A DNA stretch of 64,000 bases. It comes from a virus (Duplodnaviria > Caudoviricetes). This document shows, one piece after another, positions 10,653 to 19,383 of the stretch. The stretch is from positions 4,638 to 68,637 of the IMG/VR virus record IMGVR_UViG_3300020577_009873. One strand, 5' to 3'. The position numbers and the translations under genes were made by a program. Positions within the stretch are counted from its first letter, which is position 1; every line of letters begins with the position of its first letter. The notes under the pieces were generated by a model. That model saw only the letters and a list, made by a program, of their open reading frames with translations. It made no database searches and was not told where the DNA came from.

Positions 10653-10740
10653 AGATAATGAGGTAATATCAAAAAGTTTGGATTTTGCGCAATCGTTTGA
10701 GCAAATTATATTAAAAAGGAATAGGTAAAACCATATGATT

Positions 10741-10775
10741 AAAAAAGTCCAATCTATTTAAGATTGGACTTTTTT
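10741..10775 (-). terminator. intrinsic terminator, inverted copy of 10204-10236
   Basis: same hairpin and loop on the opposite strand. Confidence 0.85.
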
Positions 10776-11222
10776 CCTGGTTGTAGCTAAATAGTTTTTG
10801 TAAGAAAGGTACATTCCAATAAAAAGTAGTAATCCTCCGATTATACTAAGTGGTCTAAATATCATTGAAAGTACATTAAATGGAACTGAACATAATATTG
10901 TTATTTGTTGTATTCTAACTGCCTTTTTAGTACCAAAGATGATTATTTCTTTCTTAATACTAAGAACTGAATCTAGCTTTGTATCTCTTTCACAGGATTT
11001 ACATAATGTTTCCACCATTTGTTCGTTAAAACTAATTTCCCCAGTCAATGGATCAATATACCATCGACTAATAGGAGATTCTATATCTGATTTACATCTA
11101 TAACAAATATCACCATTCTTTATTCCAAAACTTATACTTTCTCTTTTCAGGAAGACAGGAAGGATTAAAAATATCATGGATGACAATGTCAATGATATCG
11201 ATATTAATGATATTATCATTAT
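10758..11222 (-). CDS. membrane protein with CxxC...CxxC
   Basis: hydrophobic segments; CYRC and CKSC; start approximate. Confidence 0.6.
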   Translation of the reverse strand: MMIISLISISLTLSSMIFLILPVFLKRESISFGIKNGDICYRCKSDIESPISRWYIDPLTGEISFNEQMVETLCKSCERDTKLDSVLSIKKEIIIFGTKKAVRIQQITILCSVPFNVLSMIFRPLSIIGGLLLFIGMYLSYKNYLATTRKKVQS

Positions 11223-11596
11223 TTTATAGTTTGTGTGATGGTTGATTCTTGACCAAAAAACCATGGAGATACATAAACTTCATCATCATCATCGTCATAT
11301 TTACATGGATATTGTTCGAATCCCTCACCAATCCCGTCTGACCATTGGCCACAGGTGTAATCTTTTAAGTCTTCCAATTCGATTGGGGTTAGTTCACGAT
11401 TTGATGTGTAGACTGTATAGGTAAATAATTTGCCGTTCTCAAATCGAAAATCCATATATCCTGATTTAATAGCTTCAGCATATGTGGCATCAGAATCAAA
11501 ATATTCAGCGAAGTTATCCTGACAGTCAACTCCATCCAACTCTTTTAAATTTTCGTAATCTGTTTGTGCTTCTCCTTTAACTGTAATTTTATACAT
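11219..11596 (-). CDS. hypothetical protein
   Basis: acidic ORF with GQWSDGIGEGFEQ. Confidence 0.75.
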   Translation of the reverse strand: MYKITVKGEAQTDYENLKELDGVDCQDNFAEYFDSDATYAEAIKSGYMDFRFENGKLFTYTVYTSNRELTPIELEDLKDYTCGQWSDGIGEGFEQYPCKYDDDDDEVYVSPWFFGQESTITQTIK

Positions 11597-11606
11597 AATT
11601 TTTATT

Positions 11607-11918
11607 TTAGTTTAATAATTGATTTAATTTTTTTTCTCTCATTTTACTTTTAGATACCTCAAGACTCATTTGCCTTCTTTGCCACATTCTAGTTGAGTTC
11701 ACCTTTTTTTGGATAAGTTCAGAAACAACGTCTTTTTTTTCTGGCAAAATGGGCTCATTATCTAAAATTAATTTTAGTCTAATTAAGATAGTATCAGAAG
11801 TTCCCCTAACATATTCAACACCTTCAATAGTAAATTGAGATAATTTTGTTTTAGAATGTAAATACCTAATGTAATTTTCATCAAGTCCAAATTCGATTAT
11901 TTGTTTAGATAGTATCAT
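11607..11918 (-). CDS. hypothetical protein
   Basis: ORF ending REKKLNQLL. Confidence 0.7.
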   Translation of the reverse strand: MILSKQIIEFGLDENYIRYLHSKTKLSQFTIEGVEYVRGTSDTILIRLKLILDNEPILPEKKDVVSELIQKKVNSTRMWQRRQMSLEVSKSKMREKKLNQLLN

Positions 11919-12222
11919 TAGGTTTTAATATTTGCTTAATTTTTTCGTCTCTAAATATCTTTTCTTTATCAGGAACAATCAACGTTCCATCACTACCAAC
12001 TTCCTGAAAATTCTCACTTAAATAATAGAGAACCACACCTCTCTCTGGTTTATTTGGAAATAATTCTGTCAATTTTGTTTTTGACATATCTGTATTTTGA
12101 AAAATTTTCAATCCAAAACACCATACTCCTTTTAATTCTTCAATAGAATCGGAAAATCCGATTGCGGATCCCTCAAGCGATGTAAAGTATCCAATATATT
12201 TCCCTGTTTCGTTGTTCCACAT
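11905..12222 (-). CDS. hypothetical protein
   Basis: ORF with RDEKIKQIL near the C-terminus. Confidence 0.7.
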   Translation of the reverse strand: MWNNETGKYIGYFTSLEGSAIGFSDSIEELKGVWCFGLKIFQNTDMSKTKLTELFPNKPERGVVLYYLSENFQEVGSDGTLIVPDKEKIFRDEKIKQILKPNDTI

Positions 12223-12227
12223 AAGTA

Positions 12228-12695
12228 TTATTTTAATATTTTTTCAATTTTTCTATTTCTAATTTCTGCTTTTGAGTTCATCATTTTCATACATTCCGGA
12301 CCAATACCATTTTCGATTGATTCAGGAACGGTGAGTTGTCTTCCACAACGGCCACAATGACCTTCGTGCCAAATTTCAACACAAGAGTCTAATTTAGCTT
12401 CCATTAATTTACCAAAAACATATTGAAATACAAGTACTGATTGTGCTTCTGCAGAGATTTTAGATTTTTGTGAGTGTTTAAACTTGTTCTTAAAAATGGA
12501 ACCGACAAATTGATATAAGTCAGGGTTAGTAAGAACCTTCACAAAAAAGACTGGATTATCTTCTTTAGAAGTTTTTGACCGTTTTACTTTATAGGTAAAA
12601 CGGTTATTCGTTTTTGTATTAAGGAAGGTAACAGTAGCGTTACCTGCCGTAATGAATTTGATTGCGTCTGAATGTTTTAAAATACCCCCTTTCAT
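12228..12695 (-). CDS. DUF6011-like Zn-finger protein
   Basis: CGRCGRQLTVPESIENGIGPEC; TATCTTTG box at 12712-12719 (minus strand). Confidence 0.7.
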   Translation of the reverse strand: MKGGILKHSDAIKFITAGNATVTFLNTKTNNRFTYKVKRSKTSKEDNPVFFVKVLTNPDLYQFVGSIFKNKFKHSQKSKISAEAQSVLVFQYVFGKLMEAKLDSCVEIWHEGHCGRCGRQLTVPESIENGIGPECMKMMNSKAEIRNRKIEKILK

Positions 12696-12776
12696 ATCTT
12701 AAATATTTAAACAAAGATACGAAGAATTAGTGAAATAAAAAAGGTTTTCTATGTAAAAGAAACCATTGATAATCAA

Positions 12777-13226
12777 TTACTTATTGATGTTCCAATCCCA
12801 ATTTGTTCTAAGCATTTTTTTCAATGTGTCAAAGTGTAGCTCTTGTAGGTCTCCGGGCCTCTCCCTCCGATTTAATCGTAATTTTAATTTTTCAAAGTTT
12901 CGTAAAATTAATTCAAATTTATCCCAATCACTATCGTTTGGACGATGGCCACAGTAATTATAACCTACTAATATTTTTGTTTGTGGGTCAAAAAACAATT
13001 TAATAGCAGCATATCCATTATACTCTAAAGTAAATCCGATAGTAGAGTTAAAAAAATCAGAAACGCTATTCAATAGTTTTTGAAGTTCTTCAATTGTTTG
13101 AACAGATTTTCCTATTATTGGGATACCATTATTAACAAATTTAACAGAAGATATTTCTAGGCCATATAGTGCCTCAAAAACATCATCATATTCAATAAAA
13201 TTTTCAAATATTTTAAGGTATTTCAT
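12777..13226 (-). CDS. hypothetical protein with N-terminal MKYLKIFENF tag
   Basis: ORF with shared N-terminal motif. Confidence 0.7.
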   Translation of the reverse strand: MKYLKIFENFIEYDDVFEALYGLEISSVKFVNNGIPIIGKSVQTIEELQKLLNSVSDFFNSTIGFTLEYNGYAAIKLFFDPQTKILVGYNYCGHRPNDSDWDKFELILRNFEKLKLRLNRRERPGDLQELHFDTLKKMLRTNWDWNINK

Positions 13227-13229
13227 ATT

Positions 13230-14402
13230 TTAATAGTCATAGTCATCATCATCATCTTGATAGTCATCATCTTCAGACCACTCAATATATTGAGATCCAG
13301 GAAAATTCCTATTGCTAATTTTACCAGTAGATGGGTCCCAATTGTTCATATTATCTACTGATGGATATTTATCAAAAGTCATTGGTTTAATGTGAGCTAC
13401 AAATGTTTTATTATAGTCGTTGTTTATTGCATGCCATCCTCTATGTTTAGCATACTCTAAAAATATTTTCTGATCTGAATCCTTCATTACATAAATATTA
13501 TCCATTAAATAAGAACCGTCATCTAGTTTCCACAAAAGAGCCCTTCCTATTATTTTATCATATTTTTCTTCTGATCTAAGAATAACTAATTTTACTGTTT
13601 CTGGATTTTTGATATAAATTTCTAACCAATCTCTTCGACCGACTGCTTGACAGGATGAACCTAGATTACCTTTATTTGGATCTAAATAATTTTTACGATG
13701 ATACCAAAATAATAAATCTTCACCATCAACTATTTCAAAATTTGAAAAAGCATCATTCATAACCTTCAAAATTGCTCTAAAATCGTTAACAAATTTTTCT
13801 ATTTGAGAATCCGAAAAGCCAGTTATTTTATGTGCGGATAAAAGACCTCTAACAACGCGGCCTATTCTAATTTCTTGGCGATTTTTAGCAAATACTAATT
13901 TTGCAATTTGATCCTTAGCATCTTTTAATTTGGCCTCGTTATAAACACCTTCTCCCTTTTCAAATTTAACATAACACCAAACTTTACCAGTTTTTTCAGA
14001 TTTAAATCGACTAATGACTTCACCTATTTCACTATGATTTGGTGAATAAACATCCTTAGATTTTGGCACATATCCGAGCTGTGTGAAAATATTAGCATTT
14101 GCAGTTACATTATTAGTTAGCCATCCACCATGTCCGCCAATGTAATAAACCGCTTCTTTATTACTCTTTAAGACTTCTTGTGCTATTCTATCTGGAGTAA
14201 ATGTAACAACATTTTCGTTATCGATTTTAACATCTAAAAAATTAAAAATAACATCTAAATCTTTGTTTTCTATTTCTAGTAATTTTTGAGATATGGGGTT
14301 TCCTTCCATTTTACCTAACACTCTACGGAATTTATCTGAATAGATAACATTAGACTCTAATAATAAGCTTTCAAAAATGAAATCGTTGTATTTAAGTAGC
14401 AT
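13230..14402 (-). CDS. conserved phage protein, paralog of 15181..16659
   Basis: shared LGxSC, GRALLW, MDxIY and YPxxD motifs. Confidence 0.8.
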   Translation of the reverse strand: MLLKYNDFIFESLLLESNVIYSDKFRRVLGKMEGNPISQKLLEIENKDLDVIFNFLDVKIDNENVVTFTPDRIAQEVLKSNKEAVYYIGGHGGWLTNNVTANANIFTQLGYVPKSKDVYSPNHSEIGEVISRFKSEKTGKVWCYVKFEKGEGVYNEAKLKDAKDQIAKLVFAKNRQEIRIGRVVRGLLSAHKITGFSDSQIEKFVNDFRAILKVMNDAFSNFEIVDGEDLLFWYHRKNYLDPNKGNLGSSCQAVGRRDWLEIYIKNPETVKLVILRSEEKYDKIIGRALLWKLDDGSYLMDNIYVMKDSDQKIFLEYAKHRGWHAINNDYNKTFVAHIKPMTFDKYPSVDNMNNWDPSTGKISNRNFPGSQYIEWSEDDDYQDDDDDYDY

Positions 14403-14418
14403 ATTAGTATATATTAAA

Positions 14419-15102
14419 TTATTTTTTTAATATATTATATAATAAGTAGGCGTCATTTACATCTTCATAGGGCTTTTTAATAGTCTTATTTTCCAGTACT
14501 TCAGTTTTAATAGATTTAAGATGGGTCGCCCAAACGTCTTTTAAATTAGTATTTTCAACAATAGATAGAAACATTTCCCTCTTGGTGAAATTACCACCAG
14601 AAATTCCTTCATTATTCTTAAAAATCAATTTAGGCTTCTTTACTCCAATATCTATTGGGGTGTAAGTTAATTTGCAAGATTCTTGCTTTAGTGTAGATGG
14701 AGATAAGACCAAGATATCTTTACTAATATAATCGTATAATTTCTTTCGTAATAAAGTCGAAAAGGTAACCAAGTCAATTAAATCTCCGACACTGGCCCCG
14801 AAATTATATCCTTCAATAGCAATTCTAGTTGGCTCGGACTTATTAATATTTAATTCAATATCACTAATGATAGTATCAGTGATTTTATCATAATCTTTTA
14901 GTTTGGTTAACTCTCCGTCAGAATAGTCTTTATATTCCCGATAAGAAATATATCTAAAAGTAGCATATTGTTCACATAATTTAAACCACTTTGATAATCC
15001 TGACTTATTAGTTGCGTCAGATTCTCTACAATAGTTAAATATTTTACCATTGACTACTAATCCGGTTGATATTAAGCTTGGGTCAATTCCTATATAATTC
15101 AT
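14419..15102 (-). CDS. RuvC-like Holliday junction resolvase
   Basis: starts MNYIGIDPSLISTG; IAIEGY and DVNDAY acidic motifs. Confidence 0.75.
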   Translation of the reverse strand: MNYIGIDPSLISTGLVVNGKIFNYCRESDATNKSGLSKWFKLCEQYATFRYISYREYKDYSDGELTKLKDYDKITDTIISDIELNINKSEPTRIAIEGYNFGASVGDLIDLVTFSTLLRKKLYDYISKDILVLSPSTLKQESCKLTYTPIDIGVKKPKLIFKNNEGISGGNFTKREMFLSIVENTNLKDVWATHLKSIKTEVLENKTIKKPYEDVNDAYLLYNILKK

Positions 15103-15180
15103 AATCCTATATATCAGGATTATGTCCTTCTTAAATAGGTAACCCGTCTCCGGGACGATTCTTTCCTCTAACACATTCTC

Positions 15181-16659
15181 TTAGGGTGCGGGCTCCGTCC
15201 ACGAAGATGGCATCGGATCAGCCGTTATGTAGAACCGTGATTCCGGATCTTCCTGTGTAAAATTATCCGATACTGTAGGAGGAGTGGTAAAATTATCCGA
15301 TACTGTAGCAATTGGATGTACTCGTGGTCTTGTTCTGCCAAGGATGGCGTGTTCAAAAAAGTGCAATCCTTCATCAACTGTAATATATCGATCACGTGCA
15401 GGATCACTATTTGTTTGATCTGTATTTGTTAAAGTTATTCTTTGTTGTTCATATAACATTTTTAACATTTCCTCATGGCGAGCTCTCTCCATTGCTTGCT
15501 TCTTTTTCCTTTCCTCCATTTCTTTTTTTCTAATGGAAATTGCCTCTTGATTGTTTAAATGATCTAGTTCTTTAATGAATAAAAAATCATCCAGTTCTTC
15601 ATTAAATTCAACATCCTTTTTAAGCATATACATGTTGTTAATTCTTGACCATTCTGCATTGTGTGTATGTACTCTTAATGTTGAGTCTGGAATTAGTTTC
15701 CCATCCATATAAGTAATACTTACAGTCTCGCCACGGTGATGAAACAGTCCGGTAGAGAAGTCATGTGCCAAATAGTCATTTTCAAATTGACTACCATCTG
15801 GTGCGCAGAGTGTTTTTAGATTGGTATTTTCATTAAAATTATATAAGATTCCCTTTGTTTTATCAAAAAATTTGAATGTATCCATATAAGGATATCTATC
15901 GTATTTCCAATTTTTTAATTGAATTGCGAATTTTTGTTCAATTTTTTTACCACCTAATTCAAAAGCTAATGAATTGTTCCACTTTTGCTCATATTTATAC
16001 ATGTATCCATTTGCAATAGCCCATCTTTTAAATTGATAAGACAACTCCTCATCATTTACTGTATAAATTCGGTCCATTACCTTGTATGAATCAAAGTTCC
16101 ACAAGAGAGCTCTACCAAGTAGATATTGGTCATCATCAAACATACCAAGCATCGTAACAACATCAGAATTATCAACATATAAACCCATATATCGCTGACA
16201 GTTGTCATATTTCATACAGGAGTTTCCAAGTGAACCAGAACATCCACGATACATATCACCATGGTAATATTTCCTAATATCATTACCGGATAAAATTTTG
16301 AATGTAAACTTAATCCTACTTAGAATAGACTTATATAGATTATTAAATACTTCGAGATCCTTATCATGGACGCCATTGAATATTTTATTGATAACAGAAG
16401 CAGGACGAGCAAAAAATCGTTTGTTATGTGTCCAAGGATCTTGGCCATCTGGAATACTATCCAATCTTTCTTTTGTTAAGTATGATAACTTGGTTTTATC
16501 TAAATTAGAAATTGAAAGATAATTTGCATGGTCTTCTTTCAAATCCTTTTTATCGTGTTCGCTAAGTAATAATCTAGCAACAGAAGAACTATCTTGAATT
16601 TCTTCTAAGACAGCCTTTAATTCATCAGATAGTAAGATATTTATTTTATGCATAATCAA
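15181..16659 (-). CDS. conserved phage protein, paralog of 13230..14402
   Basis: LGNSCM, GRALLW, MDRIY, YPYMD motifs. Confidence 0.8.
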   Translation of the reverse strand: MIMHKINILLSDELKAVLEEIQDSSSVARLLLSEHDKKDLKEDHANYLSISNLDKTKLSYLTKERLDSIPDGQDPWTHNKRFFARPASVINKIFNGVHDKDLEVFNNLYKSILSRIKFTFKILSGNDIRKYYHGDMYRGCSGSLGNSCMKYDNCQRYMGLYVDNSDVVTMLGMFDDDQYLLGRALLWNFDSYKVMDRIYTVNDEELSYQFKRWAIANGYMYKYEQKWNNSLAFELGGKKIEQKFAIQLKNWKYDRYPYMDTFKFFDKTKGILYNFNENTNLKTLCAPDGSQFENDYLAHDFSTGLFHHRGETVSITYMDGKLIPDSTLRVHTHNAEWSRINNMYMLKKDVEFNEELDDFLFIKELDHLNNQEAISIRKKEMEERKKKQAMERARHEEMLKMLYEQQRITLTNTDQTNSDPARDRYITVDEGLHFFEHAILGRTRPRVHPIATVSDNFTTPPTVSDNFTQEDPESRFYITADPMPSSWTEPAP

Positions 16660-17120
16660 ATGTTATTAAATGTTAGAATCCTAACTTCTTTATTATTGTG
16701 TAATTTTTTCATTGAGTAGTAAAGTTTCTTACCTTCCTCTGTCAAGTCTCTATATGTCGCTTTCCAAGAATATCCATCTTGGAATTCATAAGAATCATTT
16801 GACCAACCGATACAAATAGAAGAAACAAATGGAATCGAGATTAATCTATTTAAATCTTCCTTTGATTGTAAATTAGGAAAATAAAAATTATCATATTCAT
16901 TTTGTAATTTATTATTTCTTTGAACATCTTCGGAAAGTGTTCTATCAATAATATCATCTGAAACAAAATCTCCCGGTAAGATAAGATTAATATTTGATAA
17001 TGCACTATCTTGTTTAAAATCAAAGGCAACCAAATATACTAATGTCTTTTGTTCAGCATTAATATTCATTCTGTTCCCATAAGGGAAAAATACAAACCCA
17101 CTATTGTCTTCAGTAAACAT
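16656..17120 (-). CDS. hypothetical protein
   Basis: ORF. Confidence 0.7.
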   Translation of the reverse strand: MFTEDNSGFVFFPYGNRMNINAEQKTLVYLVAFDFKQDSALSNINLILPGDFVSDDIIDRTLSEDVQRNNKLQNEYDNFYFPNLQSKEDLNRLISIPFVSSICIGWSNDSYEFQDGYSWKATYRDLTEEGKKLYYSMKKLHNNKEVRILTFNNI

Positions 17121-17145
17121 ATTTTACAAAATTACATCAAAAAAA

Positions 17146-17640
17146 TTAAATTACAAAACCTTTTTCTTCCGTCCACGGAATCACCAACTTATAAAAATTC
17201 TCTTCGAAAACAATATTTTCCGGAATATTTAGTATTACACAGTTCATCCCTGCTTGATAAAATAAATTAGCAAGAGTTTTACGTGTTTTCCCATTCAAAG
17301 ATACATCATCCGGATTTAAACCATCATAAGCAATAAAAAATAATTTATCCACATTCTGTTTAGCATATGAATACAATTTTCTAATATTTTCTTTTATTCT
17401 TTCCTCACTAATATATTTCTTTGGAGCATCAACAGTAACTAATCCATAAGCCCTACCACTATTAGATAGACAGTTATTCATTAGTTCACCATGTTCAACA
17501 CCAAACTCAAGCTGAGCGACTAGAGCTGCACCACCTTTACCTGTTCTTGGATTCCCATTAATTCCAATTGGGTTAGAGCCAAAAACAAATATCCCGTTTT
17601 CGGGAAGATTTTTCTTATTTAATGATCCTTTATATGTCAT
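17146..17640 (-). CDS. IFVFGSN-family (macro-like) phage protein
   Basis: IFVFGSN...GGAALVA motif. Confidence 0.65.
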   Translation of the reverse strand: MTYKGSLNKKNLPENGIFVFGSNPIGINGNPRTGKGGAALVAQLEFGVEHGELMNNCLSNSGRAYGLVTVDAPKKYISEERIKENIRKLYSYAKQNVDKLFFIAYDGLNPDDVSLNGKTRKTLANLFYQAGMNCVILNIPENIVFEENFYKLVIPWTEEKGFVI

Positions 17641-18008
17641 TTGATTAGTTTCTCCAATTTTTTATTCCTCTCAATTGATTTCCTATATTTATTAAACTCT
17701 TCCGTATTTATTTCTCCCTCTTGTGGCTCTATATAAAATAAACTACAAACTATAATCAAATATACAATAATTATAGGAATTCCTAAGATAAATAAAAAAT
17801 CAGATCGCAAAGAATAAAAGGGCCTATTGGCCAGTATAATACTAAAAATTTGAATTGTTGCCCAAAGTTTTAAAACATATCCCCAACGAATTTTGCGTTT
17901 TTGATATAAATAAGCTTGCTTAAGGCTTATTTTATTTAATAGTAATCCTAATATCAAAAATATCGTAATACCCAAAAATAAATATACAAATATTAAAGGT
18001 GTAATCAT
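17637..18008 (-). CDS. membrane protein
   Basis: three hydrophobic segments; ends RNKKLEKLIK. Confidence 0.7.
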   Translation of the reverse strand: MITPLIFVYLFLGITIFLILGLLLNKISLKQAYLYQKRKIRWGYVLKLWATIQIFSIILANRPFYSLRSDFLFILGIPIIIVYLIIVCSLFYIEPQEGEINTEEFNKYRKSIERNKKLEKLIK

Positions 18009-18239
18009 TTAGATTTCAGTATTTTTGATTTCTGCAGTATAATTTGTTGTTGCTCGATAGCCTAAATATCCAGACGGATAAGTATAATCTATTTTTACTT
18101 TATAACCCTCAGAACGAAGTTTTTCAAATACTAAATCATAATTTTCATAATCACTGTCAGCATCTGTGTACTTTATAAATATAGAATGACCTGGGGCTAC
18201 TTTTTTTAACTCATTTAAAATTTCGTTATACTTTTTCAT
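18009..18239 (-). CDS. hypothetical protein
   Basis: ORF starting MKKYNEILNE. Confidence 0.65.
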   Translation of the reverse strand: MKKYNEILNELKKVAPGHSIFIKYTDADSDYENYDLVFEKLRSEGYKVKIDYTYPSGYLGYRATTNYTAEIKNTEI

Positions 18240-18477
18240 ATATTTTTTATTTTATTATCAAGATGCAAGCTAAAACATTTTTGCAAACATATTTAACATA
18301 CCATCAAACTTATTTGCAAATGAGGTGATTGATTTATCATACCTCGGATGGGTTTCATCAATTTGACGAATATTCCAACATGGTCCATCACATTCGTTAA
18401 ATTGGATTATCAATTAAAAATTGTTGTCCAACTTGTACCCCATCAAAAGATGTTAATTTATTTTCCATATTTTTGTT

Positions 18478-19335
18478 TTATTTTAATTCTTCAAGTAAAT
18501 ATTCCAATTTTTCATTACGAATGAAACATTGAGTAATCCTAATAATCCTCTCTGTTTCTTTTTTAACGACATAAGAGTCCTGATTACGGAAGATGCCCAT
18601 ATATAGATTAAAGACTACATAAGCGTCTAGTACAATATCATTTTTACTATCAATCGTCAATTTTTCAGATTCAGTTGATAATGTTGCATATTCTTCCTTG
18701 GTCCACTTATGATTCATAAATCGAAGTGAATTTTTAAAGGCGTCAAATTTGCGATGATTGATTTTCTGATCTTTATCAACAATAATTTCTCTTACTTTTG
18801 AAAGTAATACTTTTTCTCCTACAAGTGATTTAATTGAGTTAATTTGTTCAGTGAATGTTTCCCCGTCAAAAGATTGTGATACCTCTTCTGCCATTTTAGT
18901 AACACCTGTAAGGTGTTTTTTACAAAGTGTCATATTATTAACACCAAATACTAGATACATATTATTATCACTACGGTAAAGACCAAGGTTCATATTAAGT
19001 CGGCGCGATTTATCACTAGAGTTTAAAATATAAAATGATTTATAGTAAGGACTACCATTAATATCTACAGAATCCGAAAGTAGTATAAGTTGCTGAATGC
19101 CACGTTTCATTACGAAACGATAATGTGAAATTTTAAAATTAGATTCAATATGTGAGATTTTCTCCTTCATAAAAGAACGGATGTCGAAAATCTCATACCT
19201 TTTAGATACTGGGGTTGTGTTAATAACAGTATCAAAATATTTAGTAACTACACTATCTCCAACTTTTAAAATTTCAATAGCGTCAATTTTTTCAAAAAGT
19301 TCCTTTTTGTTATAAGTTTTGAATCCAATAAGCAT
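18478..19335 (-). CDS. hypothetical protein
   Basis: 285-aa ORF behind a TATCTTTG box (19352-19359); ends RNEKLEYLL. Confidence 0.8.
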   Translation of the reverse strand: MLIGFKTYNKKELFEKIDAIEILKVGDSVVTKYFDTVINTTPVSKRYEIFDIRSFMKEKISHIESNFKISHYRFVMKRGIQQLILLSDSVDINGSPYYKSFYILNSSDKSRRLNMNLGLYRSDNNMYLVFGVNNMTLCKKHLTGVTKMAEEVSQSFDGETFTEQINSIKSLVGEKVLLSKVREIIVDKDQKINHRKFDAFKNSLRFMNHKWTKEEYATLSTESEKLTIDSKNDIVLDAYVVFNLYMGIFRNQDSYVVKKETERIIRITQCFIRNEKLEYLLEELK

Positions 19336-19383
19336 ATGTGTAAAATTTACACAAAGATACGACTACTTTTTGATATTAAAAAA

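Noticed and set aside
15257-15308. 22-bp direct repeat
   Set aside because: Short in-frame duplication (TVSDNFT twice) in a low-complexity C-terminal tail.
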